64,000 bases of DNA from Lama glama (taxonomy: Eukaryota): positions 52,826,001 to 52,890,000 of the forward strand of contig CM052816.1 of NCBI GenBank assembly GCA_028534125.1. Reading direction: 5' to 3'. The position numbers and the translations under genes are program-made. The notes under the pieces are model-generated. The model was not told where the DNA came from. It did no database searches and saw only the letters and a program-made list of their open reading frames with translations. Positions 28,461 to 40,322 of this stretch are shown one piece after another (positions within the stretch are counted from its first letter, which is position 1; each line of letters begins with the position of its first letter).

Positions 28461-29544
28461 ACTAAATTAAAGATCACTATTTCAGATACAAACCACATCA
28501 AGTCTCTTGTACTTGATTCTCTAAGGTTTTGGGGGGTTTTTATTTTTTTGTTTTTTCTGTAGGAAGGAAGGGGATTTTAGCTATGTTGTCTGAACTGAGT
28601 CAAGGCTTTCACTGAGCCTATGGTCAGAATATCCAGGGAATATAAGACACTTTTTTTTTTTTTGCAAAACTCTATCAGTTAATATGCCCTACACTTTAGT
28701 AGTTTTGCTGTTCTAAGGGGAAAAAAATCCAACTCTTGTTGTAGTCCCCTACATTGAGTCAAAGTCTCACCAAGGGCATGTAATCCCCATGCAGCCAACA
28801 CTTAAACAGCTTTTCAAATCCTGGCTCCAATCACCTCTGTTTTATCTTCTCTCCTCCCTCAGTCTCTGGCATCCTAAACTGTCACCCCTCCCATCTCAGC
28901 TCTTTCCACTGACCTCAAAAGAGGGCTGGCTCAAATAACATCCTTGTCAAAACACCTAGGTAAGCACAGCAGCGGGAGACATCATATAAATAGATACACA
29001 GCAACAGAGTGCTCCATACTGATAACAAAAACCATTTACAAACTCCCCTCACCTTCCAAAAGGTTTGTTTCTTAGAATGATTAGTCAAACATAAATGTCA
29101 CTAATAATTTTAATTCTATCAGCTTAGGCAGACCTTTTTAACACAGGTACTGGCAAAGTTGCCATTGAAGGTAATTTTTAAGTTTTGGGTACTACTGTAG
29201 CAAAAATCCTCTGTGCTTAAATAGAGAAGTTAAAATTGGCCAACAGATAATGATCCAAGACACAAATTCTGAAAATTTTCTAAGTGGTCTGTGGGAAAGA
29301 GTTGGGCTTTGTTGGACTACCGTCAGAAAAATACAAAAATCATGTGTCTATTTACATATCTCCCTCTGTACAGGATGCCATATGTTTGAAACATTTAGTA
29401 CAGTGTTTGGCACATAGTAGGTGTTCAATATTCATATACATTGAATGTATAGGTGCTTACTATTTAATGGGATAATGTAATCACCATGTTTTTCTTGTTT
29501 TATTTTTTTAAACTCTGAGTAGTATGGAAGGCAGAACCCAGCCT

Positions 29545-30020
29545 CCTATTTTACTTAGAATAAAATCTGAAGTTCTTACTACAGCCTACAAAGTCCTACA
29601 TTATCTGCAACCCAACCATCTCTTAGACTCATCTTCCACCAGTCCCTCCCTTATCCACTCGGTTCCAGCAACCTGACCTCCTTGTGTTCCTCAAACAAGC
29701 CACACACATTCCTGCGTTAGCGCCCTTGTGCCAGCTCTCCTCTGCCTAGAACACTCAATTCCTTCAGTCTCTGCTCAAATGTCACCTCATCACAGAGACT
29801 TTCTCCACCAAAACAACAAAACTCTTAACCTGCTGTATTTGTTCTCATGTTGTCACTTGACACATTACACATTTATTTGTTTATTTGTCTCTTCAAACTG
29901 GAAAGTCACTCAAAGAGGGGCAGGGATAATTTGTTCACTTTATTCACTGCAGTATCCTTTGTGCCTAGAAAATGACTGGCATATGGTAAGGGTTCAATAA
30001 ATAGCTGTTGAATGAATAAA
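29545..30020 (+). mobile_element. L2 LINE 3' end (L2a-like)
   Basis: agaataaaatctgaagttcttac...tctgctcaaatgtcacct...ctggcatatggtaagggttcaataaatagctgttgaatgaataaa. Confidence 0.85.
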
Positions 30021-30719
30021 CTAATGACCATTAGATTGGAGTCCAGACACCTGGACTTAGTCCTAATTCTACAGCTAAACAGTCATGACTTTGAACAAAC
30101 GTCCCCTGACACTCAGTTTCTGAATCTGTAAAAGGACTGGTTGGGAAAAGATGTCTCTATAGCCTCTCCCAGCTCTCAAATCCTGTGTGTTTTATTGAGC
30201 TGCATTTTATGTACAACTTTTGTATGAAGTTTTAGCACCATGAAAATCTTTTCTTGATATCCACAAACTATGAGCCCCCTGGGCACTTCATTATGATTGA
30301 AGACCCTGCTCCAAAGGCCCCTGATGAAGCCTTCCCCAATCCTTCCAGGAAGGATGGATCCTGGGACTCTCTCCCTATTTTGAAGTGCTTCATACAGATA
30401 TTTTCTTCCTTAAATCTCTTATAGCAGTTGATGACATAATTACATTTTTCTGTTTCCACGTAGATCATAAATATCTTGAGGACAGTAATGGAGTCTGTAA
30501 TTTTTATATCGCTAGCATGGTCCAAGGCAATTAGTAGGCATTCCATGAGTGTTCAATGACTGAATGAATACAGGAAAGCCAAAGTGGAATAGGACCATTC
30601 CTCATATAGAAAATGGAGCTATCACTCTCCCCTCATTGAGGAATGGTGGGCAGAAGGTAGGTTTGCTGCCACTAATGATCCATCTGAAGGGATGTGAGAA
30701 ACTAAAGCTTACTGGGGAC

Positions 30720-30930
30720 CTACCAAAGGCTAAGCACTCTTACACATGTTCACACAATTTACTTTATCCTATGACAACCTTATGAATTAGGTATTATTAC
30801 TGACCATCCTTTTTTACGAATCTGTAAAATTACCCCATTTTACAGATGAGAAAATTGGAGCTCAGAGAGGATAGGGAATTTGCCTGAGATGGAATGGCAA
30901 ACAGGGTTCCCACTCAGGCCTCTTCATGCC
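30720..30930 (-). mobile_element. MIR SINE
   Basis: acaaccttatgaattaggtattatt...ccccattttacagatgagaaaattggagctcagagagg. Confidence 0.8.
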
Positions 30931-33900
30931 ATATATCATATTCATATCACTCAATGACCTATCAGAAGGGAAGGGTAGTTCTCTGATCCAATGTAAGTAT
31001 TGGCATTGTAATGGTGAGCTTTCCTGCACCAAAAAAGCATTTTTACAATTAAAGGTGATTTTTTTTTTGATTCAGAAAGGTGGCTATAGATAATTCTATA
31101 TATTATTCCTGGAAGGACAAAGAAAAGATTCACAAGCAGATTACACTTTGTACCTTTTGAATTTTTAAAAGTAAATTTTCTGATAGTAAAGTGCACTATC
31201 TGTTCATTACAGAAAAACCAAAAAATATAGATAAATACAAAGTAAAAATTTTAGTTGACCATTGTCCCATCATCACTCAGATACAATCACTATTAACCTT
31301 TTTTAACCTTAAGGTTAATAAAAGTTACTATAACCTTTATTATGTTATTTATTATATTAACCTTTATTAACCTTTTAAGCCCTTTCCCAATATATACTTT
31401 ATTTCATAATGAAATCATTCTAAATTAAACAATAAACTTTTTTCAAATTCAATATATGCATTTTCCATATTGTTAGAAATCTTCATAAATAACATTTTAA
31501 TGCCTTATTAATACTACATTAAATAGATACCCCAATCATTTTGTTATTATTACTTAAGCTGTTTCCATTCATTTACTTTCATTTGCCTCTCAATTCAAAA
31601 ACAAAAAGTCAGTTTGTAATCCAACTTCTGCAAATGGTTCTTATCTCTGAGAAAATGCAAAGACCACTTTTCCATCCAAGAAGACAAAAACTCCCACTAT
31701 TATTCAAAAACATGAGGTCTTCTAGTAACCTTTCACTGTAGAACCTCCCTGTAGCAGGTTGGAGCCATTTGAGTTTCCCCTACAGTAAGGAAGGGTCTCT
31801 CCTCTGAAAGAAGCGGGGTGCCGGAAGTCTAGCAGTGGCGTGGAGTAAACAGACCCAGGCTCACATCTTGGTTCTAATGTTTACTTGCCTTATACCCTCA
31901 GTAAATTACATAAAGCCTCAGTTTCCTCCTATAACACAGGATAGTTACCTCCCAGTGTTGCTGGGAAGGTTGAAAATGAGAAAACAAATGGAAACACTTA
32001 GCAACGAGACTGGCACAGAGTGAGTGGTTCCTCTCTTAATTGTAAAACTTTGGTGGAGGAGCTGAGAGGAAGAATGTCCCATCATTCTTACTTCCCATCC
32101 ATTAGAGAATATTTCAAGTTCTCACCTCTAGGCTCAGAAGAACTTTAGGCCACGTTTGTAAACTCACACCCAACAAAATGGTGTGGTTTCTGACGCTTTA
32201 AAGTAGAAGAAATTCGAGGAGTCCCAGTTCCTATAGGAGTTCCTCCCAACTGACATCTCTGTAGTGAAAGGAGTTATAGCTGCCACCTCTTTTCCCCTTG
32301 CTCCCACCATGGACCAATCCTTAGACTTTTTTCTTTCTGCTACAGCCTCTCTGATCTCTGATCTGAGACCTCCCCAAACCCAAGTTTCCAATCTGCCCAG
32401 CAGATTTATTTCCCAACAACACCAGTCTGTTCTCCTAAATCCTGTTCAGAAGTTTACTGATTTCTTGTTACCCATGTTATCAAATCCAAAATTTTTAAAT
32501 GTGATGGTTTTCAAGGGCTCCACCACCATCTCCTTCTTCCCTCACGTTTTCCTGTGTTCACGTTTCACTCATTCTGACCCTTGGCCTGGTGTCCACCTTA
32601 CCATCTGTAGTCAAAGCAGGCTGAAGTTTACTGCATATAAACCACAGCTTTACCTGAAGATCTTGACTTTGTCAAAGGGCAATGCAACCCCAAAGTGGTA
32701 CTTTGAATCACTGTCAGCTGCTCACATTTTAGAGTTAAGTGAGTTTTCAGATTCTCTGGAGGGCAAATTTTGGTTGGACAAGGGTATGAGGACCCTGGAC
32801 ACCATTAAGGGAAAAGGTTATAAAGGCTGGGATTGACAGGCTTCCCCTTCTCATCGCCAAGAAATCACAGGTCCCTTGTTCCATCTCCTACAGGGGACTT
32901 CTCTTATGCTTCTCCTTCCTGGCTCTCTTGGCCAATCTCCAGGGCCCAGGTTATGTCTACTACTTTTGAAGGCAGCCACAGATTTATACACTCTTCTCAC
33001 CTTCCACAGTACCATGGTCTGGCCTTCTCCTCTCTCTCATGTATTCAGCACATAGGCTCATAGTCCCCATATTGCTTCCTAACTTCTTCCATAAAGGGCA
33101 GGGACTATGCCTGCTTCCTACTTGGTAGTTGCTTGGTCAATATGTGACTGATATTCCAGACTTCTCATCTGACTGACAATTCACCCTAATCAAAGCCACT
33201 CTGTGGGCTATTTTAGCTTCAGCTCTGTTGGTTTTGGTTGGGCAGCACTTACTTTGGCTAAGACGGGCACTTCCATCTGTCACCTACAAAGCCTTTCTAC
33301 TGAGATTAATAGATTTAGGAAGGGCCACAACTGACTGACACACCAAAAACCAAACAAACAAGAAACCTAAAACTAAAAACAAACCAACCCCCTCTTCCCA
33401 ATACTCAAAGAGAACAAGTAAAAGAGGTAACAAATTCAAATAGAGAGGCAGTGATTACTACTGTCCGCATTTTAAGGCTTACATGAAAGGAGGGAGGCAG
33501 GGAGATGGAAATGGAGGGAGATGTATATTTTTATATAGTATTACCTAATTGTATTCACTGAAACGTTGATATTTTGAGACAAAAAAAAAAAAGCAGCACC
33601 AGAATTTTAACAGGGGTGACTGAAATTCATGCTTATTTTCTCCTAAGAATTTATGGGTCTTTGTACGAAAATTAAGTCCTCTTCTAGCAACCTAGTCCAG
33701 TGCTGGGTAGCCAAGAGACTTCCAGGCAATTCAAGTTTCCAGAACAACCTTCTCCACTTCCACCCCCACTCCAAACCCTCTTCTCCTCTAGCTCAGGCTT
33801 TCAAAATTGTTCCTAGGCTTTGGGCCAAACGTAAGCGTTTCAGCACATATCTGCAGTGAGGCAGGACGCGAAGTAAATCCCCAGGAATAAACAGCGCAGC

Positions 33901-34204
33901 AAGTCACAAGGAGCCGGTGGGGGCAGGTGGGCGGTAATGAAGGAGGAAGGGGTAGGGGGACGAATTTTGCGGCTGCAGGCGGGCCTGTCACTCCAGCTGA
34001 CAGCAAGCACTTTCACCTTCAAGTTCTTCACCAAGGCAGCGCCCCCAGAGAGAAAGTGCTTAGTTCGAGGGAAAGGAACCCTAGGGCTTAAAAAGGGAAA
34101 GGGAGGGTACGGCGTCCGCCCGCGAAGCACCTGCCCTCCCTTGGCGGCCGCACTCCGGGCCCGGGCGCGGCGGGCTGCAGGCCTGGAGCGAGGGGCCCAC
34201 GTTA

Positions 34205-34444
<240 letters not shown>

Positions 34445-34507
34445 CTACCCTGCCCTGTCCCCGCGGGGCGGCTCGGGTTCCCGCCCGGGGGCGGGCGAGC
34501 CCCGCGA

Positions 34508-34517
34508 CTTTAAATAG
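34508..34517. promoter_or_regulatory. MEF2-like / TATA-like AT element in the proximal promoter
   Basis: CTTTAAATAG is one mismatch from YTA(W)4TAR and stands out as an AT patch in GC-rich DNA ~155 bp upstream of the ATG; myospryn is an established MEF2A target. Confidence 0.6.
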
Positions 34518-34849
34518 AAGGCGTCAAAAAGTTTCGCCACGGAGCTTCTGAGGCCCCGGCTCTGCTTCTCCTCTTCCCGCGCGTCTGCCAACTGCCCCCG
34601 CCCCTACCCGCCACACACACACCCCCTTCCCCGAGCCCTCCCCTCCCCCATGCAGGCAGATCCCAGCGGGCCCTTTGGGCAACTGGAGAGCACCATCCGA
34701 GGGGCGCAGGCTCCCTATGCGCCGGGAGTTGAAAGGAGTGAAGGCACCCAGCTCCTGCCTCTCCTCTAGGGTGGGTTTGGTAGGCTTTAGTCTTGGAGCC
34801 CAGCTGAGCTCCTCGACGGGCCCTTATCCCAACCAAGGAATGACTTACT

Positions 34850-35050
34850 CCTTACTGAGCAGAACACTTACTACTAGTTCAGACACCCGGCTAAGGGTCT
34901 CACTTTCATTATCCTCTCACAACTCTGCTGTGGAAATTTTAACTGCAATGCTCGTTTTATAGATGAGAAAACAGGCTCAGAAGAGTTTGGGTCCCTAGCT
35001 TGCTAAAGGTCTCCTTAATAGTCAAGTGACCCAGTGGGAAACAGTCTGCC
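34850..35050 (-). mobile_element. MIR SINE
   Basis: tcattatcctctcacaactctg...ttttatagatgagaaaacaggctcaga. Confidence 0.7.
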
Positions 35051-37199
35051 CATTTCAAAACATCAGTTTTGAAGCACTGTTCATATTGGCTCCCTTTATA
35101 TTTGCAAATCAATGAATTGTGTATTCTCTTCCTCAGTGACCCCTGTATTCAGCCAGGAAACTTTAATATCCACAAATTTTAAACTTTGAAGAGGAGTAAT
35201 TTCCCCAACATTGGCCAAAGGCCAATTCAACCTTTCTGTCTGAAATTCAATCCAAAGGCCGAGATCTTTGGTTGGATCATGTTATGCCTACTCTTAAAAG
35301 CCCCCAGTGGCTTCCCATTGCTCAAAGACTAAAAGCCCAAGGTCCTTGGGAAGATAAATGCTGACTAACAACCTACATCTTAACGTGTCTGGTCTCATCT
35401 TTGGAAGTCAGGAGTTCCTAACATTTATCAAGTCACATCACTGTACCTTTTTTTACACAATTCCTTCTGCCTGAAAGGTTCTATCCATCTTTATTTACCT
35501 GATTACTCATCATTCAAGATCACACCTTTCTCTGAAATCCCCAGCTTAAGCCTACTGTTTCAGGTTCCCAGTGTCGTACATTCAAATTATGTTTGTGTCT
35601 CTTTCCCCTAGTAGACTTTAAGTCTGTTACTCATCTTTGTCCCACTATTCCCACATCTCTTCTAAGCACAGAAACCTAGCAAAGTACTTAGCCCATAGTA
35701 GGTGCTTAATTAATGTTCCCTGCACTGAAAAGAACAGGACCAGACCTGCTAACTAGGTACAACAGGTAGAGATACCTTTACAATACATATTCTTTTTACT
35801 CATAAGCATGACTTTGTGGCTAGAAGAGCTAACACTGATTTTTAAAAGCAGCAAATTCTATTTAAAGAGTTGTTAAATATAATAAACATAAACTGGGTAG
35901 TATTCAGCATTTACACTAGCTTGTATGCATGTATTAGGTCTGCGAGCAAAGAACTGCAGGTAGCTTAGGTACAACACAGAAGCATCAGCTAGGAGGCATG
36001 AGATGGAAAACAGCAGAGTCCAGCCTTCCAGGGTTCACTAAACCTGGTTAAACATCAGCAACATGCATTCTCTTACACGAGCTAGGCTTTTCCATTAGTA
36101 ATCCCAAACGTGTCTGCTCACTAGGACAAAAAGGAACTAACTGCAGCTGTGGGAATCCGTTAAACACTAATCCAAACTACAGGCAGCCATTGTATATTCC
36201 CTCTGTTTAACTCAAAATTTCTTAGGAACATGAACCAAAGTCAACAAAGATTTATCTGTGAAGATACTAGCTCAAACCAATCCAAAATTTAGAACTGCGG
36301 GTACAGAATGCACATTTTAAACTTTCAAACACTACTTTCTTGAGTGGTAACACATGCAAATATACAGAAATGGCCAAATGAATATAAATAGAAAATAAAA
36401 GAATGTTATTCACGACACAATTAAATAAGTAATTCATACTGAAAATAATTCAGAAGTCTAAAAAATTCTCTCATATATTAACAGCCCACTTATCTGACAT
36501 ACTTGGCTGTCACAAAGTGCATAATCTTAGGCTTCAGTCTATTGTTTCACAATTGGGTTTAAGTTTACTTACTTCTTGATCTATTTGTTACAGTGATGCA
36601 GCTGAAAAGCAGCAGCATTAAGATGGGAAGGGTGGGGGTCATCACTGAAAGCTGAGAAAACAGTGGCCGTGAAGGAGTCCATGGTAAATTCTGGGCTTTA
36701 CTAGGAAATGTCATAATACTGTAGGGGCAGAAGGCCTCACACATTTACCCAAACCTGAGAGCTGCACAAGAATACTATGGAGTACTATGGCTATTGTTTA
36801 TTGTTTATAATTATTAGTTAGAGTCATCATTAAATATTAATTATACTTAACACATTCTGATAAAGAATTAGAGTCACACAGCATAAAACACATTTTAGGA
36901 AAATTTCCAAGAAAAAGAATTAGTTTATAAAGCAATTTTAATTGCTTCAAAGCATTAAACATCAGTAAAATGAAAAATTCACCTGTGTGGAAAGCTTTAA
37001 TCTTAATAATGCTAGAGAAATAGGGTGTTGATGAGGCTAGTTGGCTTAACCAAGAATGAACTTGATTCCAAGATTCTTTCTATAAAATCGAAATAAACAT
37101 ACACAGTAATTGGATTCAGTTCAGTTCCAGATAGTAACTACAGCCTTAATCTCATCTCAAAAGTAAAGACTTTTATAGAAAAAACAAAAAAAACACATC

Positions 37200-38580
37200 A
37201 ACAATTTCCATATAGAAACTTTATTCCATTTGATCATACAAAAATTTAAACTTAAAGAAAAAATGAAAATATGCACCTTTTACAAGTCAAAGAAAAGCAA
37301 AAGTCTTATAGCATTTGAATTGGTCTGCAAAAACCCCAAAAACATTAGAGGTACAAACTGTGCTACAGCAGGTCTAAAAGAGGTTGTACACAGTTTTTTT
37401 GAAAAAGTTTAAATTGTTTTTAAGATTATTAATATTTAAATTTACAGGCACTGACCAATTTACAAATATTTACATAAACCAAAAATGATCTTAATAAACA
37501 CTGTAGCTTTTTTAGCAGCCACCACTATTTCTTCATGTGGAAAAGAAATACTAAAAAAGATATCTTTACAAACCTTAAGCTTTTATTTATAATAATTTTG
37601 TTATGTCTTACCTAAAACATTTTATAGTGGCTTACTGTCTTAAAATTCCAGTTTAGATTATAAGCCTATGATTGTATGCAGAAAAAACTCTGATACCATC
37701 AATAGGACATAATCTCAACTTTGATCTTTCAGTTTCTGCTGCTTCATGTCACAGGGAAAATAGAAGCAGGAAAATGGGAAGTAAAGCAAAAGTGCATATT
37801 GCACTAAGCTATCATAAAGCACAAAGCACTTAATCTTTTCAAAATGCCTACACTGGACTGAGTCTTTAAAACAAATCCCTAACTGCTGTACAACACCGAG
37901 TTAGTGCTCATGTTACTACAGTGCAAAATGTACTATTGATTCAACACAAAATATAAAGCAATCTTGAGTACACCAAAAAGCATGTGAGGTACTAATGAAA
38001 TTCCAATACAGACATGACCAAAGCCTCATTCTATCCTGATGAGTCAAGTGAAGACTTAAGGCAATTGTCCAGTATTTCTCTGATTTCACTGAAATAAAAG
38101 ATTTCATTTTGTTTCAAGTAACTGAATAACTGACTTGAATCTTCACTTTACTAGAACAAACTTAGGCAACAAACTATCTACTGTAAGTTATACTTTCAGT
38201 ATGTATGAATCAGACTCTTTTAAAAAAAGTCTGCATTATTTCTTCAGGATTAGCATATGGTACAAGGTACAATTAATTAAAGTTATATCAAAAAGCTTTT
38301 ATTTGTTTAGATAATTCCCTCAAAAATATTTTATCTGATCTCCTGAAAAATTCATGCTATAATATTACTAATTGTCAATGTAAACATTTTCAAAAATACA
38401 TCTTTAAATCAAAAGCTTTTATTAGGAACTGTCATAATAAAATATGCACTCTTTATATAAGTATGTCCTCTTAAGAATAAAACATGAAAACAAGAAGAAC
38501 GATTAAAAAGAAACCATGATGAAGGTAAACAAAATGCTTTATGATGTTACCACTGTTCTTTATTAAGAAATAGAGGCCAG
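37200..38580 (-). other. TENT2: TENT2 3'UTR (~1.38 kb to the distal site)
   Basis: AU-rich sequence with no repeat I can recognise, running from the stop codon to the AATAAA plus GU-rich element. Confidence 0.75.
37220..37225 (-). terminator. TENT2: TENT2 distal polyadenylation signal
   Basis: Sense AATAAA, upstream TGTA (37240-37237) and a downstream GU/U-rich tract TGATGTGTTTTTTTTGTTTTTT (~37200-37179). Confidence 0.75.
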
Positions 38581-38655
38581 TTATCTTTTCAGGATAGCAG
38601 CTCTTAAAGGTAGTACACTGTTCAAATCTCGTTTGTTTTTCAATCTTTGCCATGA
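38581..38655 (-). CDS. TENT2: TENT2 (PAPD4/GLD-2) last coding exon
   Basis: ttcttttctag|; SWQRLKNKRDLNSVLPLRAAILKR-TAA; phase 0. Confidence 0.96.
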   Translation of the reverse strand, partial: SWQRLKNKRDLNSVLPLRAAILKR

Positions 38656-40242
38656 CTAGAAAAGAAAGAAAAGCCATTCTTAAAACCTAAAATATATGTG
38701 AACAAAAAGACTGAAAGGAGAGTTACTAGAATGTTAATAGTACTTCTCTCTACGCAGTAAAACTTTGGGTGATTTTTTTTTTCTTTGTGTTTTTATTTCC
38801 CAAGTTTTTTAATACAATACAACTATTGTTTCTATCATCATAAAGAAAATGTTATTTAAAAACTTTATACCTGTGGCATTCTAATTCATTAATAAAGAAA
38901 TGGGCATACAGGTGGTACAAAAAGATACAACTGACAATATTAACATTTATTCATAGATTAAAATAATTTCATCTAAAATAGCAAGGTAATTAATACAAAA
39001 CCTTTGAGAGGGTAAGTAAAGATTACTTCAATTATCTGGTTGACTATTTGCATCTAGAAAGCTCTTCCAATTAAAAACTGTATTTATGAAGGAGAGAGTA
39101 AATCCATAAAAAAGCACCTTATATAATGTATCTAGAAAAAAAGAGTGAATAGAATTTGTAAGAAAAAAAGAAAGAAACTGAAATCCTTGTTCACAAGCTA
39201 AAAATCTGACCCACTACCTGGTGGCTGCAGATCTTTGCAGTATGTTCTCACTTCAGTTGTTCAACTGACTAAAAGTATTGGTTTCATAGTTAAAAAATCA
39301 TAAATGAAAGCTCACCCATCAATAAGAACAGCAGTGTAGCAATGCTCTTTTTGCGTTCTTAATTTAATTTGATAGACATAATTATTCCCTCCTGGATACT
39401 TGTTTTTGCCCTGGAGAATTCCATTTCACTTTAAATTTCCTATTCTGGTTGACAAACTGTCAGGGCCTAATTTGAAGGACAGCTTATAATATGATACACT
39501 TGCATTTTTAATTATCATCAGAATAAAGTCTACTTGTATTACTCAACAGTGAAAAAATATGCCTCCCCAAATGATCTTCACAAATTCCCTGATCTTTTTC
39601 TTCTCTTCTCTTCTATATGTCTCATAGTATGTATCTCTATCAATGTGTTTCTACACTGTACTGTTGAATTACTTGAAGATAGGAACCACAAAATTACTGA
39701 TGAATAAATGCATGCTGTGGACTAGAAAGCTGAGGAATAAACTACAGTTTACATATATATGACTGAAGTTTATATATATAAAATGTGTGTGTAGTACACA
39801 AACACACAAGCCTTTTTGTTTTAACTTCTCAGAATATAAACAGTGATGAAATGGAGCTCTAGTTACTTGTTACAGTGGGGTATGCAGAAGAAAAATTATG
39901 GAACAGACATGGCTTTATTCTAAGGCTATAAATTCCCTGATATTTTAAGGAAGGAAAGGAGTCCTTTAGGTTTTATCCACTCATTTTGAGAGTTTAATAA
40001 GCTCACTGTGAAAATGCTTATTTCCACGAAAGTGAAAGCCATGTGAGTAAATACAGAGCCAGATCTTTGAAGGAAAAGTACTTATTTAAAAAATGCAAGT
40101 AATAAATTCCCTATTATGCCACATTAATTGCTTCATAAGTTAGGAACCAGAGCTGTTCTTTTCTATTACAAATATATTTTTTTTATTTTCAAAGCATATT
40201 ACTGCACTAATGTTTCTAGAGTTAATCTGATACATTGTTTAC

Positions 40243-40322
40243 CTTTAAAAATTGATCCTTGATCATGTCAAACTTCTGCTTTTCATGCACAGCTCTGGCT
40301 GTATTTGTTCCATCAAAAGGTT
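40243..40322 (-). CDS. TENT2: TENT2 penultimate exon (80 nt; nucleotide-recognition motif)
   Basis: cattgcag|(E)PFDGTNTARAVHEKQKFDMIKDQFLK|gtaaac; no His between T and N, as expected for the ATP-specific GLD-2 rather than a TUTase. Confidence 0.97.

Noticed and set aside
32264..32836. 190-aa plus-strand ORF
   Set aside because: GTG start, overlaps L2-like decayed sequence, no recognisable domain or splice context
33208..33216. CTATTTTAG as a MEF2 site
   Set aside because: One base short of the 10-bp consensus
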